64,000 nt of DNA from Synechococcus sp. (GTDB taxonomy: Bacteria; Cyanobacteriota; Cyanobacteriia; PCC-6307; Cyanobiaceae). Below the pieces are notes generated by a model, which made no database searches, was not told the origin of the DNA, and saw only the letters and a list, made by a program, of their open reading frames with translations. This document shows, in pieces, positions 27,381 to 38,875 of this stretch. A program made the position numbers and the translations under genes. Location of the stretch: the NCBI GenBank assembly GCA_047285305.1, contig JBJBDL010000003.1, positions 128,001-192,000 of the forward strand. Direction: 5' to 3'. Within the stretch, counting starts at the first letter, position 1. Each line of letters opens with the position of its first letter.

Positions 27381-27581
27381 TCAGCCGAGGCCGTTCCAGT
27401 TCACGTTGATGCCCTCGAGGATGAGGGACTTGTTGTACAGCTGAAGAATCACCAGCAGAAACACCAGGAACAGCACCATAAAGATGCCCATCACGGGAGT
27501 GGTGCCCCATCCGGGAACCACCTTGCCGTACTCGGAGTTTAGTGGGCGGAGAAGGTCTCCCAGACGGGTGCGTTGTGCCAT
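27381..27581 (-). CDS. psbH: Photosystem II subunit PsbH
   Basis: [19 protein letters not shown]. Confidence 0.98.
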   Translation of the reverse strand: MAQRTRLGDLLRPLNSEYGKVVPGWGTTPVMGIFMVLFLVFLLVILQLYNKSLILEGINVNWNGLG

Positions 27582-27665
27582 GGCGACGCTGGGTCTCGGG
27601 TGGTTTGAAGTCTCGATACTGTAGGGGCCGACTCCGGTTCGGGGTTGATCCTGTCGAGAGATGTG

Positions 27666-27806
27666 ATGGAAACGTCGTCCCCAGCCCTGTCCGTCGCCAT
27701 TGGCGTGCTCGCCGTTTTGTTCGGACTCACCGGATTTGGCGTGTACCAGGCCTTTGGCCCTCCATCAAAAGCACTCGACGACCCGTTCGACGATCACGAG
27801 GACTGA
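27666..27806 (+). CDS. psbN: PSII assembly protein PsbN (46 aa)
   Basis: Translated by hand: [46 protein letters not shown]; divergent from psbH. Confidence 0.96.
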   Translation: METSSPALSVAIGVLAVLFGLTGFGVYQAFGPPSKALDDPFDDHED

Positions 27807-30733
27807 TCCACCACCAGGGAGACGAGTTCTCCTGGGGTGATCACCACGGCAGCAGCAGCAATTGAGTCAGCTTCCCTGCGGACAGTCCAACCCGCTCCAG
27901 GGGTCCAGCGACAGCGCGCTGATCCCGAATTAAGCAGCTTCAGTAGGCAACCATCGGCATGGCGCTCCAACGCCACCGGCGTGAGTGGAAGCGGCAGCGA
28001 CGGGAACCACAGACGCTGCTCCGCCGGCAAGTCCGCACACCACCCGGGCTCACGAAAGGCAATGGCTGCCTGCGACACACCGGCATCGCTCCATGAGCCG
28101 GCGAACGGCATGAGGGCCAAGCGCTGGCGATGCCACCCCTGATCAGCACTGGGATCTGGCCAGGTCGGGCCCCGCAGCAGAGAAATGCCAAGTCGGTCTG
28201 AAGACCAATCCACACCCTGGGGGCCGTCCAGCAACACAGCCATCCCGCCTCCGGGAGCTGCCGACTGCGAGGCGAACCAGGAGATCACAGGCACTTCCCA
28301 ACGGGCTTGTTCCCGAGCCGTAATTGGTGCAGCGGGCCGTTCAATCACCCCTCCACTAGTGTCGGCAGCAATGCGGACGGCGGGGGTCGCCAGCGGCAGC
28401 TCCAGACGCAGCAACTCATGGGTCTGGAGCCAGTCGATACTGCAGATCAGCTCAAGCCAGGGCGTGTCGGCCTTCAGCCGCAGGTCCAGACGCATGCAAC
28501 TGGCACCGAGCTGGCGCCGCAGCACCAAATGCGCCACCAGGGGGCCCTGGTCGAGCCACTCCAGGAAATCCTTACGGAGCACGCCTAGGGGCTGAGATCG
28601 GTAGTCCGCCGCAAGATCCCAGGCATCCCAGAATTCGCCCCGGTCCCGATAGCGCTCCAACTGCAGGGAGGACGACAACTGGTCCCTTCCATCGCGATCC
28701 CGCAAAGCCAGCAGTCCGGCCGCGGAGACGTCGAGCTCGATCAGACCATTACCCACACGCCAAGCTCCCGCCCCCAGCGACGTGATGACCACAGCCTGAC
28801 GGGGCTCAGCCGAGCAGGATGCCAAGCCTGGTTCACGCCGGAGCGGCACCGAACAAATCCCGTGCTGACGTGGTAGCTGCACCCATGTACCACCAGCAGC
28901 GGAGTTTTGCTGCGGCAGTGAAAGGGCGTCGGCTGACCACGACCCCGCAGGAAGGCGAACCAGAGGCGACCAGGACGCCAAGGGCTGCAGACCCCACCAA
29001 CTCCACACCGCCGCTGTGTCCTTCGGATGCGGCAGCCTTGCCAGCCGCCGATCGCGTGCCTGGCGGGCCTGGCACCGGGCCCAGCGCCAAACCGGTTCTG
29101 CCTGGTCAAACACCTCCGGGATCGAGGTTCCAGGAAGGATGTCGTGAAACTGCTGGAACAACAGCGGGCGCCAATCGCTGCTGCCGCTATCGCGACCTGC
29201 GATCGCCAACAAGGCTGAGATTGCATCAGCCTCCCGCAAAAGCCGCTCGAGCGTTCGGTTGTGGCGCTTCTGATCCGGACGGCTGGTGGCGCAACCGCGG
29301 TGCAACTCCAGGAAGAGCTCATCTCGCCACACCGGCCAGGCCTGATCACCCTGCTCCAGCTCGGTCAAGAACTCCCGCACCGTGCCGGCTCGGGTGGGCA
29401 AGGCGGCCGCTTGCCCCTCCCAGAGCTCGATCTGCTCCAGCAACTCCTCGGTAGGACCACCACCGTGATCACCAACGCCTGGAATCCAGAGCGCCGCCTC
29501 CAGCCCCGTAGCCTCATGCCAAGCCCGCTGCTCTTCCAGCATCTCCACAGGATCGGCTCGACGACCGATCGGCGGCAGCATCAGGCTGTGCAGTTCCGAA
29601 CGTCCCCTTGCGCGCCAGCGGAACAAACGGTGGGGGAAAGGGTTGTCAGCATTCCAGGCCAGCTTGTGAGTGCAGAACCAGCGCACACCGGTGGCTGACG
29701 CCACGTCTGGCAGGCCAGCAGCGAAGCCAAAGCTGTCCGGCAACCAGGCCAACTCATGGGTCCACTCTGGGAATCGGCGACGGCTGTCGTCCTGACCAAC
29801 AGCGAACTGATTCCACAACGACGCCGTGCTGACCAGCACACAGTCGGTCTCCACCCAGGGGCCATTGATCGGTTCCCAGCGGCCGGCCCGGCTGGCCGCC
29901 TGGATCTCCGCAAAAAGGGCTGGGCGATGTTGCTCCATCCAGGCGTAAAGCGCCGGCGTGGAATGGGCAAATCGCAGCTCGGGCCTGCGACGCATCAGAG
30001 CCAACGCTGATCGGAAGGTGCGTTCAGCGGCCTGCCAGGTGTCAGCGACCGGCCAAAGCCAAGCCAGATCGAGATGGGCATGACCCAGCCAATGCAACAA
30101 CCCTCGTGGCGGTGCTGCCTGGTGCAGGTGCGCTGCAACAGCAGCCTGCGCCTCTGCACCGCTGGGATCCAGATCCGCCCAATGCGGCGGCAGGTCTCCG
30201 TCCGCCGCCAGATGCAGCTCCAAGGCCGCAGGCAACAGCGTGCCCTCGGGGTCGGGGCCTGCTGCCTGCGGCTCCAGGTCAAGATGGCTGCTGATCAGAG
30301 CTCCATCGTCATGCAGGGGGCTGCAGAGCTCCAGCACAAGATCCAGTGCAGCCCCCTGACGACAACGCCCAGGCAGCGGCCAGCGACAGGCGGTATCGAA
30401 CAGATCCCCCTCATGCACCAGCACGCCATCCACCCAGAGACGCATCTGCTCAGCCCACCAGTGCAGCACCAGCCGGGCACGGCAGGAATCACCGTCACTC
30501 CAGCCATCAGGCCAACTCAACCGCTGCTCAAGACGCAACCATTGGCGTCCTCTGGGCCAGATCAGCAGGCCGCGCTTGGCCCAGTCCGGCCGGTGCGTTG
30601 ATCCCCAGCTGTCATTGAGAAAAAACCCAGCCTGGGCGGAGCCTGAGCGGCGCCAACCGGCACGCAGATCACGCCGCGAGCGACTGCGAAACGTTTCAAT
30701 CCACTCCGATCGACCGACTTGATCAGGGTTCAT
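27794..30733 (-). CDS. Alpha-mannosidase (glycoside hydrolase family 38)
   Basis: GHAHLDLAWLW, WLPDSFG, GVGDHGGGP, ELFLELHRG and QFHDILPG motifs; start at 30733 or 30760. Confidence 0.9.
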   Translation of the reverse strand: MNPDQVGRSEWIETFRSRSRRDLRAGWRRSGSAQAGFFLNDSWGSTHRPDWAKRGLLIWPRGRQWLRLEQRLSWPDGWSDGDSCRARLVLHWWAEQMRLWVDGVLVHEGDLFDTACRWPLPGRCRQGAALDLVLELCSPLHDDGALISSHLDLEPQAAGPDPEGTLLPAALELHLAADGDLPPHWADLDPSGAEAQAAVAAHLHQAAPPRGLLHWLGHAHLDLAWLWPVADTWQAAERTFRSALALMRRRPELRFAHSTPALYAWMEQHRPALFAEIQAASRAGRWEPINGPWVETDCVLVSTASLWNQFAVGQDDSRRRFPEWTHELAWLPDSFGFAAGLPDVASATGVRWFCTHKLAWNADNPFPHRLFRWRARGRSELHSLMLPPIGRRADPVEMLEEQRAWHEATGLEAALWIPGVGDHGGGPTEELLEQIELWEGQAAALPTRAGTVREFLTELEQGDQAWPVWRDELFLELHRGCATSRPDQKRHNRTLERLLREADAISALLAIAGRDSGSSDWRPLLFQQFHDILPGTSIPEVFDQAEPVWRWARCQARQARDRRLARLPHPKDTAAVWSWWGLQPLASWSPLVRLPAGSWSADALSLPQQNSAAGGTWVQLPRQHGICSVPLRREPGLASCSAEPRQAVVITSLGAGAWRVGNGLIELDVSAAGLLALRDRDGRDQLSSSLQLERYRDRGEFWDAWDLAADYRSQPLGVLRKDFLEWLDQGPLVAHLVLRRQLGASCMRLDLRLKADTPWLELICSIDWLQTHELLRLELPLATPAVRIAADTSGGVIERPAAPITAREQARWEVPVISWFASQSAAPGGGMAVLLDGPQGVDWSSDRLGISLLRGPTWPDPSADQGWHRQRLALMPFAGSWSDAGVSQAAIAFREPGWCADLPAEQRLWFPSLPLPLTPVALERHADGCLLKLLNSGSARCRWTPGAGWTVRREADSIAAAAVVITPGELVSLVVDQSS

Positions 30734-30797
30734 TCCCCTGCTGACGCTGTCATGCCCCATAGGATGATGGCCTTGTCACAGACGCCGGTCGGTCTCC

Positions 30798-30917
30798 ATG
30801 CTCGCCCTCAAGATCTCCGTTTACTCGGTCGTCTTCTTCTTCCTCGGCATCTTTGTGTTCGGGTTCCTTGCGAGCGATCCAAGCCGCACCCCTAGCCGCA
30901 AAGACCTGGAAGATTGA
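30798..30917 (+). CDS. psbI: Photosystem II subunit PsbI (39 aa)
   Basis: Translated by hand: [39 protein letters not shown]. Confidence 0.97.
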   Translation: MLALKISVYSVVFFFLGIFVFGFLASDPSRTPSRKDLED

Positions 30918-30985
30918 TTCATCCTCCCGATCAGACCGCGCCACTTACTGGTCTGACCGGAGCGTGATTCCTGAAATGAGCTGGC

Positions 30986-33913
30986 ATGCTCATGGGCCGG
31001 AGCAGCATTGCCTTGGCGGCATACCGCCTTCTTTTTGCATTGAGCGGAACCCTGATCACAGGGTCTTTATCCGCGTTGGCTGCAGCGGCAGGTCCGGCTG
31101 AATCAACGCCAGAGACAGTTTCTCCAGTACCGACGAGCCTGAACGTTCGAGCTGACCGCCAATACACCGATACTCAGTCCAAGGCGTCGATAGCCGAGGG
31201 CAACGTTTCAGTTCAACTCGGGAACGCTGAACTGCACGCCGATCGCATCGAATTTGATGCGCTCTACCGCACGCTTTACGCCCGCGGCGCCGTCCGTTTC
31301 AGGCGTGGCAAGCAGTTTTTTCAAGCGTCGAGCTTCCGCTACAACCTCGTTCAACAAGAAGGACGGCTCAACGATGTCTACGGGGTGATCGACCTTGAGG
31401 AGGCCCTCGCCAATCCACTAGCCACGTCTCAAATAACATCATCGCCGCCTGAGTCAGCCACGCCATCAAGTCTCGAAGGCATGCCTCCCGTGGCCTGTCC
31501 ACCGCTGCTTCCTCCAGTTCCAGACTGGCATCCTCAGCCCTGGGCAGTGACGGCATGGGGCGGTCAGATGATCGATGCAGACTTCGGCCCCACCTTTCTC
31601 GGCGAAGGTCGCATGCGTCCGGAGGCCCTATTGGGAGTTGGATTGCAGAAGCGGATCATGCGAGCGGGCCCGCTGGCCATTGAACTTGAGGCTGACCTTT
31701 TCAGCCACATCGCCGATCAGCAACAAGGTGGTCACTACAACCAAAGCGAGCCCTATGCCGATCTCCCCTCTCAAAGCTTTGGCGAAGGGGTTCTGGGAAT
31801 CGGAGCGCGTGCCTGGGTGCAGCCTTGGCTGAGTTTCAGCGTCGTTGAGGGCATCAGTTTCTACACCGATGTCAGCCTCTATGAGAAAACTTTCCGCGAG
31901 GAAAGCAGTCAGCTTCTGAACTATCTCGGCTTCGAAGTGGAAGCCGCTGTATCTCCCGACTTGTCACTCGTTGGTCGGATTCACCACCGCTCAGGAGTTT
32001 TTGGCCTCTTCAACGGAGTCTCCGGAGGGAGCAATGGCTACTTGCTCGGCCTGCGATACCGCTGGGGGCAAGACATACCGGCTTCAAAAAGCAACGTGAT
32101 GCCTCCAATGCCGGAGTGTGAAGCCCCGGATCGCAACAAGCACGTCAAGCACTCGTCTCTTTCAGAACGCCTCGAATCGATTGCCCTCGGAGACGGAGGT
32201 GAGCCGCAACGCCATGTCTCGAGTCATGACAAACCTACAGAAGAAACAATTCCGCCAAGCCAGCAGCAAGACATGCGGGCGAACGCGATATCCAACATCG
32301 ACCAGCGCATCTCGCAAATCGCTTTAAAAGGCAGCTTCAGCATCGAACCACGCATTGGAATCCCCAGCCAACGCTCGAATTCCTCAGTCAGGGATGAAAA
32401 TCGCTTCGGAACAATTCGACCTACTCAACTCAATAGTCTAGAGAAAACACAACTTCTCAGTGGCAAAGTCACCCGCTGGAGAGTTCAGGCATCAGAGGTC
32501 TTAATCACAAAAAATGGATGGGAAGCTGACCGAATCGGCTTCAGCAACGACCCTTTCACACCGACGCAAACAAGGATCGATGCAGAGGACGTGGTCGCAA
32601 GGGAAAAAGCCAATGGCGACATGATTATCTCTGCGCGTCGCAACCGCCTAATCCTCGAAGAACGATTGCCCATTCCAGTTACGCGTCGACAACTCATAAA
32701 AGGAGAGGAAGATGTGGAAAACCGTTGGGTCTTTGGGTTCGACGACAGGGATCGTGACGGCTTCTTCGTTGGTCGCAATCTCAAGCCCATTGAACTAACC
32801 CGCGATTTCACCCTGAGCCTGGAACCCCAGTTAATGGTGCAACGCGCCAACAAAGGCGAAACCAGTAGCTATCCGGCAGAGGGCCAATCAGCCGACAGTG
32901 AAGATGTCGACCAGCCCATCACAGCAGCAGATCTATTAGGCCTTAAAGGCGAACTCAAGGGCCAGATCTGGGATTGGGACATCACCCTGGACGCCGACAT
33001 CAGCAGTTTCAAGCCGCAAAACTTTGCTAACGGCAGCCGCTACTGGGGCTCTATCGAAAATGATATTGAGCTGCCATGGTTAGGCGACGTCACCACTCGA
33101 TTATTTGGCGCGTACCGCTACAGATCCTGGAATGGCTCCCTGGGCGAAACCAATGTCTACTCAGCACTGGGTGGATTCATCGAACAGAGGAAATCCTTCG
33201 ACTTGGGCAAGCTGAGCAATTCCTATATCTGGCGAATCGGAGTGGGCAACTACCAGGCGGACAGCTTTACCAACACAAATCTCACCGAAAAGCTGCGTGC
33301 CAACTTCTACGGCTCCATCAACAGCGCTTATCCAATCTGGCGCGGGGAATCAGCCCCTTTGACCCCTGAGGACGCTTATCGCTACTCACCGGTAGCCATC
33401 GTTCCAGGTCTACGGTTCAACACCAATATCAACACATTTTTGTCGTCCTATGGCGATGGCACCAGTCAAAGCACGGTCAGCTTGTCCGTGGGACCAACCC
33501 TCACCCTGGGAACCTTCAGCAAAGCCTTCCTGGACTACACAAAGCTGACGATCAGCGGTAGTGCCACCCTCAAAAATGGTTCAAGCCCCTTTGATTTCGA
33601 CCAGGCCATCGACTTGGGCACCCTTGGCATTGGCATCACCCAGCAGATCGCTGGTCCCCTAGTCCTCAATGCCGGCATCGGAGTCAATGTGGATCCAGCT
33701 TCCGAGTACTACGGCGATGTAATTAATTCCAATATCGAACTTCGATGGCAACGACGTAGCTATGACATCGGGTTGTACGTAAACCCCTACGAAGGCATCG
33801 GCGGTTTCCGATTCAGACTCCACGACTTTGACTTCAACGGCACAGGCGTGCCGTTTGTGCCATACACCCCGACGAACTGGATTAATACCACCAACACGGA
33901 TCGACCCTTCTGA
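30986..33913 (+). CDS. LptD/OstA-like outer-membrane protein (DUF3769 type)
   Basis: Signal peptide; OstA-like RADRQ...AEGNV...L.ADRI; FSNDPF; G.D..DRDG.F; C-terminal beta-strands ending in DF.F.GTG.PF. Confidence 0.82.
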   Translation: MLMGRSSIALAAYRLLFALSGTLITGSLSALAAAAGPAESTPETVSPVPTSLNVRADRQYTDTQSKASIAEGNVSVQLGNAELHADRIEFDALYRTLYARGAVRFRRGKQFFQASSFRYNLVQQEGRLNDVYGVIDLEEALANPLATSQITSSPPESATPSSLEGMPPVACPPLLPPVPDWHPQPWAVTAWGGQMIDADFGPTFLGEGRMRPEALLGVGLQKRIMRAGPLAIELEADLFSHIADQQQGGHYNQSEPYADLPSQSFGEGVLGIGARAWVQPWLSFSVVEGISFYTDVSLYEKTFREESSQLLNYLGFEVEAAVSPDLSLVGRIHHRSGVFGLFNGVSGGSNGYLLGLRYRWGQDIPASKSNVMPPMPECEAPDRNKHVKHSSLSERLESIALGDGGEPQRHVSSHDKPTEETIPPSQQQDMRANAISNIDQRISQIALKGSFSIEPRIGIPSQRSNSSVRDENRFGTIRPTQLNSLEKTQLLSGKVTRWRVQASEVLITKNGWEADRIGFSNDPFTPTQTRIDAEDVVAREKANGDMIISARRNRLILEERLPIPVTRRQLIKGEEDVENRWVFGFDDRDRDGFFVGRNLKPIELTRDFTLSLEPQLMVQRANKGETSSYPAEGQSADSEDVDQPITAADLLGLKGELKGQIWDWDITLDADISSFKPQNFANGSRYWGSIENDIELPWLGDVTTRLFGAYRYRSWNGSLGETNVYSALGGFIEQRKSFDLGKLSNSYIWRIGVGNYQADSFTNTNLTEKLRANFYGSINSAYPIWRGESAPLTPEDAYRYSPVAIVPGLRFNTNINTFLSSYGDGTSQSTVSLSVGPTLTLGTFSKAFLDYTKLTISGSATLKNGSSPFDFDQAIDLGTLGIGITQQIAGPLVLNAGIGVNVDPASEYYGDVINSNIELRWQRRSYDIGLYVNPYEGIGGFRFRLHDFDFNGTGVPFVPYTPTNWINTTNTDRPF

Positions 33914-34357
33914 TCAATCACCGCCGCCGATGATCAGATCACTTCCGAACAGTGAAGCTCCGGCGTAGCGCATGCCGGAGGTTCGCACGTTAGGTGCATA
34001 GGCATTGATCACCTGGGCCTCCCGCAGATCGGCATTGCGCAAATCCACGCCGGACAGCTCAGCATTGGTGAGGTTGGCTCCCCTTAGGTCAGCACCTTCC
34101 AGCAACGCTCCCGTCAGGTCAGCACCTTCCAGATTCGCCTCCCTCAGATCGGCGCCGCGCAGATCACTGCCTCGGAAATCAGCGCCGACCAGATGGGCCT
34201 GACGGAAATCCACCTCGCGGAGGTCACAGCCTGGACAGCTGCGGTCAAAAGGATCATGGGGCTCAATCTGAAGCGGAACGGCACCAACGGGAGCCACACC
34301 GGCAACAACCAACAGGGGCGCCAACGGCAACAACAACCGCGAAAGCAAATAGGCCAT
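33914..34357 (-). CDS. Secreted pentapeptide-repeat protein
   Basis: Signal peptide, CPGCDL, then A(D/N)LxG repeats. Confidence 0.9.
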   Translation of the reverse strand: MAYLLSRLLLPLAPLLVVAGVAPVGAVPLQIEPHDPFDRSCPGCDLREVDFRQAHLVGADFRGSDLRGADLREANLEGADLTGALLEGADLRGANLTNAELSGVDLRNADLREAQVINAYAPNVRTSGMRYAGASLFGSDLIIGGGD

Positions 34358-34421
34358 TGAGATCCAACCTCCGAATGCAACCTCCTATCTCTTTCATAGA
34401 CACAGGAGTCGCGCTTGGCTG

Positions 34422-35036
34422 CTACTTGGCGGCGAACTGGTTGATGTAAGGAAGTGTTTGCATCAATTCCGCAACCTGGGGGCCATGGTCCAGGAGCTGG
34501 GACGTTGCATCCCAACGACCGCTGCGCAGCATGTCCAGAGGACCGGGATCGATCGACATAGGCCAACTGAGGTCGGCTGAGGTCAGTTGCAAACCGGCAA
34601 GATCGAGGCTCCAGGAGCGTCCCGGTTCACCATCCACCTGGGCCTGAATCGCCTTGATCTGCTCTGGAGCCGCCGTTGCACAGGGAATGCCAAGGGCGAG
34701 GCAGTTGCCGTAGAAGATCTCGGCAAAACTCACCCCAACAACCGCGCGAATTCCCCAACGCATCAACGCCTGAGGGGCATGCTCACGGCTGGACCCGCAG
34801 CCAAAATTGCCGTTCACCACCAGGATCGAGGCCCCCTGATAATGGCCCTGATCAAAGGGATGCTCACCGGAGAGTTCAAGACGATCGTCGGCAAACACCT
34901 GGTCACCAAGCGCCTCGAAACTCACGCATTTGAGGAACCGTGCCGGAATGATCCGATCCGTGTCGATGTCTTCACCGGAGACGGCGATGGCCGTTCCACT
35001 CACCTTTTGAATCGGACCAGTCGGGAAGAGAGCCAT
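34422..35036 (-). CDS. leuD: 3-isopropylmalate dehydratase small subunit
   Basis: DIDTDRIIPARFL, NFGCGSSREHA and SFAEIF motifs. Confidence 0.97.
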   Translation of the reverse strand: MALFPTGPIQKVSGTAIAVSGEDIDTDRIIPARFLKCVSFEALGDQVFADDRLELSGEHPFDQGHYQGASILVVNGNFGCGSSREHAPQALMRWGIRAVVGVSFAEIFYGNCLALGIPCATAAPEQIKAIQAQVDGEPGRSWSLDLAGLQLTSADLSWPMSIDPGPLDMLRSGRWDATSQLLDHGPQVAELMQTLPYINQFAAK

Positions 35037-36454
35037 CACGATGCGGACGGAGAAATCAAAGTACGGACATCGGTCACACGACCATTAACGGCAGCTGCAG
35101 CCACCATGGCAGGACTCATCAACAACGTCCGGCCACTGGCCGATCCCTGCCGACCCTTGAAATTTCGGTTGCTGGAGCTGGCGCTGATCTGACGCCCCTC
35201 CAGCCGATCCGGATTCATTGCCAGACACATCGAGCAGCCGGGCTCCCGCCACTCAAAACCTGCGGCACGGAACACTTCATCCAGCCCTTCTGCTTCAGCA
35301 GCTTTCGCCACCTGCTCCGAACCGGGAACCACAAACGCCTTGATGCCTTCAGCTACCTGGCGACCACAGGCCACATCGGCAGCAGCACGCAGATCGCTGA
35401 GACGACCATTGGTGCAGCTGCCGATGAAACAGACATCCACAGGAACCCCGGCGATAGCCGTTCCCGGCTGGAGATCCATGTAGCGGTAGGCCTCCTCAGC
35501 AATAGGACGCTCGCCTGGATCCAGCTGATCAAGGCTTGGCACCGTTTCATCGATCCCCAGTCCCTGGCCCGGGGTAATGCCCCAGGTCACCGTGGGTGGA
35601 ATCGCAGCGGCATCAAACTCAACCTCATCGTCGACCGTTGCGTTGGCATCAGTGGCCAGGGAGCTCCACCAGGCGACGGCACGATTCCAGGCCTCACCCT
35701 CGGGGGCATGGGGGCGACCTTTGAGATAGTCAAAGGTGATCTGATCGGGATTGACGTAACCGCAACGGGCTCCCCCCTCGATCGCCATGTTGCAGAGGGT
35801 CATCCGCTCTTCCATCGACAACGCCTCGATGGCAGAGCCGGCGAACTCATAGGCGTAGCCAACGCCGCCCTTCACACCCAGGTGGCGAATCACATGCAGG
35901 ATCAAGTCCTTCGCTGACACGCCCCCGGCGAGACGGCCATTCACCTGAATCCGGCGCACCTTGAGCTTGTTCATGGCCAGGCTCTGGCTGGCCAACACAT
36001 CGCGCACCTGACTGGTGCCGATCCCGAAGGCGATCGCCCCGAAGGCGCCGTGCGTGGAGGTGTGGGAATCACCACAGGCCACAGTCATGCCCGGCTGGGT
36101 CAGGCCCAGCTCCGGGGCAATCACATGAACGATGCCCTGCCGGCCGCTGCCAATGTTGTTGAGAGGAATGCCGTGCTCCTGGCAGTTCCGCTCCAAGGTG
36201 CTGAGCATCTCCTCGGCCAACGGATCGGCGAACGGCCGTTGCTGAGAAGTGGTCGGAACGATGTGGTCCACCGTGGCCACCGTGCGCTCAGGACAGCGCA
36301 CCGTCAGCCCCTTGTCCTTCAACGCCGAGAAAGCCTGAGGACTGGTGACCTCATGGATCAGATGCAGACCGACAAACAGTTGGGTGGATCCGCCGGGGAG
36401 CTCAGCCACCCGATGCAGGTCCCACACCTTGTCGTAGAGGGTGCCGGAACTCAA
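35036..36454 (-). CDS. leuC: 3-isopropylmalate dehydratase large subunit
   Basis: [28 protein letters not shown] and NRNFKGRQG motifs. Confidence 0.98.
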   Translation of the reverse strand: MSSGTLYDKVWDLHRVAELPGGSTQLFVGLHLIHEVTSPQAFSALKDKGLTVRCPERTVATVDHIVPTTSQQRPFADPLAEEMLSTLERNCQEHGIPLNNIGSGRQGIVHVIAPELGLTQPGMTVACGDSHTSTHGAFGAIAFGIGTSQVRDVLASQSLAMNKLKVRRIQVNGRLAGGVSAKDLILHVIRHLGVKGGVGYAYEFAGSAIEALSMEERMTLCNMAIEGGARCGYVNPDQITFDYLKGRPHAPEGEAWNRAVAWWSSLATDANATVDDEVEFDAAAIPPTVTWGITPGQGLGIDETVPSLDQLDPGERPIAEEAYRYMDLQPGTAIAGVPVDVCFIGSCTNGRLSDLRAAADVACGRQVAEGIKAFVVPGSEQVAKAAEAEGLDEVFRAAGFEWREPGCSMCLAMNPDRLEGRQISASSSNRNFKGRQGSASGRTLLMSPAMVAAAAVNGRVTDVRTLISPSAS

Positions 36455-36480
36455 CAGTTCAGCCGCAAGAACCGTCGACC

Positions 36481-37740
36481 CTAAACCTGAGCGAGCAAGC
36501 GAAGACGCAGACGATCCAAGCCGCGGATCACGCTCATCCTCTGAATGGCCTCACGACCCCGCCGCTCACCGAAATGCTGCACCCAGGCCTCACAGCCATC
36601 GGGACCAGCCAAGGCCAGGTGCACCAAGCCCACCGGCTTCTCAGCACTGCCACCGCCAGGGCCGGCGATGCCGCTTACAGCAATCGCCCAATCGCAATTG
36701 AGTTTCTCCCGGGCTGCCCGAGCCATCGCCTCGACCACAGGCTGTGAAACAGCGCCATGGGCAGTGAGCAGATCCGGAGACACCCCAAGCAGAGCCTGTT
36801 TCACCGCATTGCTGTAGGCGACGACGCCACCCTGGAAAACCGACGAAGAGCCTGGAACAGCCGTCAGGGCTGCCGCCAATCCACCACCGGTGCAGGACTC
36901 CGCCACCGCCAGCGTCTGGTGCCGTTGGTTGAGCAGGTCGATCACCACCGACGCCAGGCTGTCCGCATCGACGCCGTAGCAGTGATTGCCCGTGCGACGA
37001 CGCAGCTCAGCCTCCAGCGGCACTAACAGCTGAGCGGCGGTATCGGCACTGGACGCACAGGCCGTGAGCCGCAATTTCACATCGCCGAGGGAGGCATAGG
37101 GAGCCACCGTTGGGTTGGTCGACTCCAACAAATCGGCAACGCGCTCAGCCAGATCGGATTCGCCGATACCGCTGAAGCGGAGCTGACGGCTCACGAATAC
37201 ACCAGAAGCCCCACCATTGGCTTGAAGCCACGGGGCGGCCGTTTCCATCCACATCGCCCGCATTTCCGCAGGCACCCCCGGGAAGGTGAGAATCGTGAAA
37301 TGAGGCCGGGGAGACCAGATCATTCCCGGTGCCGACCCCTTTGGATTGGGAAGAACCTCCGCTCCACGGGGCAGATAAGCCTGGCTGCGGTTGCTGGAAG
37401 CAACCGGCAGGCCACCTGCCGATAACTTCTGCTGAATCTCCAGCCAGAGTTCGTGCCGCTCCTCCAAGGGAGTGTCGAAAGCAGCAGCCAAGGCCTCGGT
37501 GGTGAGGTCATCGGGGGTTGGGCCCAAACCTCCTGTCGTCACCAGAACCCTGCAGCGCTGCGATGCCTCGCGTACGGCAGAGATCAAACGCTCTTTGTTG
37601 TCGCCAACAACGGTTTGGCGGTAATGCGGCAGCCCCAGCCCCGCCAACTGTTCGGCAATCCATCGGGCATTGCCGTTGAGGATGTCCCCCAACAACAGCT
37701 CTGTGCCCACGCACAGGATTTCAACACCCGATTCAGCCAC
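36481..37740 (-). CDS. cinA: Competence/damage-inducible protein A (with PncC domain)
   Basis: [26 protein letters not shown] and SGIAGPGG motifs; GTG 37740 is the probable start. Confidence 0.93.
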   Translation of the reverse strand: MAESGVEILCVGTELLLGDILNGNARWIAEQLAGLGLPHYRQTVVGDNKERLISAVREASQRCRVLVTTGGLGPTPDDLTTEALAAAFDTPLEERHELWLEIQQKLSAGGLPVASSNRSQAYLPRGAEVLPNPKGSAPGMIWSPRPHFTILTFPGVPAEMRAMWMETAAPWLQANGGASGVFVSRQLRFSGIGESDLAERVADLLESTNPTVAPYASLGDVKLRLTACASSADTAAQLLVPLEAELRRRTGNHCYGVDADSLASVVIDLLNQRHQTLAVAESCTGGGLAAALTAVPGSSSVFQGGVVAYSNAVKQALLGVSPDLLTAHGAVSQPVVEAMARAAREKLNCDWAIAVSGIAGPGGGSAEKPVGLVHLALAGPDGCEAWVQHFGERRGREAIQRMSVIRGLDRLRLRLLAQV

Positions 37741-38875
37741 GCGGTTCGCCAAGGGCCGCATGCTCAATCGGGGTGGAGCAAGGGTTGGTGTTCAACAGAG
37801 CTCGCTCATGCTGCAGCTGCCGACGGCTGATCACCACCGTTGCCACGAGGATGGCCGTGGCAAAAGCCAGCCAGAGGAAACGCATCTCTGCATTGGCCAC
37901 CACCAGGGCCAAGGCGGCAAGCCACTGAGTGAAGACGTAGATCAACAGCACCGTGCGCCGGTGACTGAAGCCAGCGCGGAGCAGGCGGTGATGAAGATGA
38001 CGGCGGTCGGGATAGAAGGGGGAACGTCCTTCCCTCAGACGGCCCATGATTACGGCCGACATGTCGGCCAGGGGCAGCGAGAGAATCAGCAACGGCAGCA
38101 GCAGGCTCACCGTCGTGAGCCCCTTGGCGGGTCCCACGATGCTCACGGCAGCGAGGGTGAAGCCGAGGAAGTAAGAGCCCCCATCCCCCATGAAGATGCG
38201 GGCGGGGTTGAAGTTGTGGCGTAGGAAGCCGAGGCAGCAGCCCGCCAGCGCTGCGGCAAGGAATCCAGCTGCCACCTGATGCAGCGAAAAGCTGACGGAA
38301 ACCAGCCCAACAGCGGCAATGCCAGCCACTCCCGCAGCAAGACCATCAAGGCCATCCAGCCAGTTGATGGCGTTGGTGATCCCTACCAGCCAAACAACAG
38401 TGGCCAGCAGGCTGAGGCTGTCGGGAAGAGCAATTGGACCGGCTGAAGCGGTGAACCAGGGGAGATCGATCGCCCCAATCCGAACGCCCTGGGTCCACAC
38501 CGCACAAGCCACAGCGGTTTGTCCGGTCAGCCGCGGCCAGGGAGAGAGCGCGAAGAGGTCGTCGGCCAGGCCGATCAGAAAAAAGCAGAGCGAACCGGCC
38601 AGGGTGCTCCAAATCAGCTGATCCTTGGCCGGCGCCAGCAGGCCGAAGCCCCCCATAGACCAGACCGACGCCAAAGCCGTTCCAAAGCCCAGCACCATGG
38701 CAATCCCCCCGAGCCTCACCATGGGGGTGATGTGTTGCTTGCGCTCATCGGGCTGATCGGTCCACCCGAAGCGAAGTCCCAGCCTGCGAACTTGGGGCAC
38801 CAGCACCGTGGTGGTCACCGCAGCCAGAAGAAAGCTGACCGAGGCGACCGCGATAGGGCTGGCCAAGAGATTCAC
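37733..38875 (-). CDS. Undecaprenyl-phosphate GlcNAc-1-P transferase (WecA/MraY family)
   Basis: [32 protein letters not shown] and DRRHLHHRL motifs. Confidence 0.9.
   Translation of the reverse strand: MNLLASPIAVASVSFLLAAVTTTVLVPQVRRLGLRFGWTDQPDERKQHITPMVRLGGIAMVLGFGTALASVWSMGGFGLLAPAKDQLIWSTLAGSLCFFLIGLADDLFALSPWPRLTGQTAVACAVWTQGVRIGAIDLPWFTASAGPIALPDSLSLLATVVWLVGITNAINWLDGLDGLAAGVAGIAAVGLVSVSFSLHQVAAGFLAAALAGCCLGFLRHNFNPARIFMGDGGSYFLGFTLAAVSIVGPAKGLTTVSLLLPLLILSLPLADMSAVIMGRLREGRSPFYPDRRHLHHRLLRAGFSHRRTVLLIYVFTQWLAALALVVANAEMRFLWLAFATAILVATVVISRRQLQHERALLNTNPCSTPIEHAALGEPRG

Noticed and set aside
33990..34230. Nucleotide repeats such as GTCAGCACCTTCCAG occurring twice
   Set aside because: Explained by the pentapeptide-repeat coding sequence.
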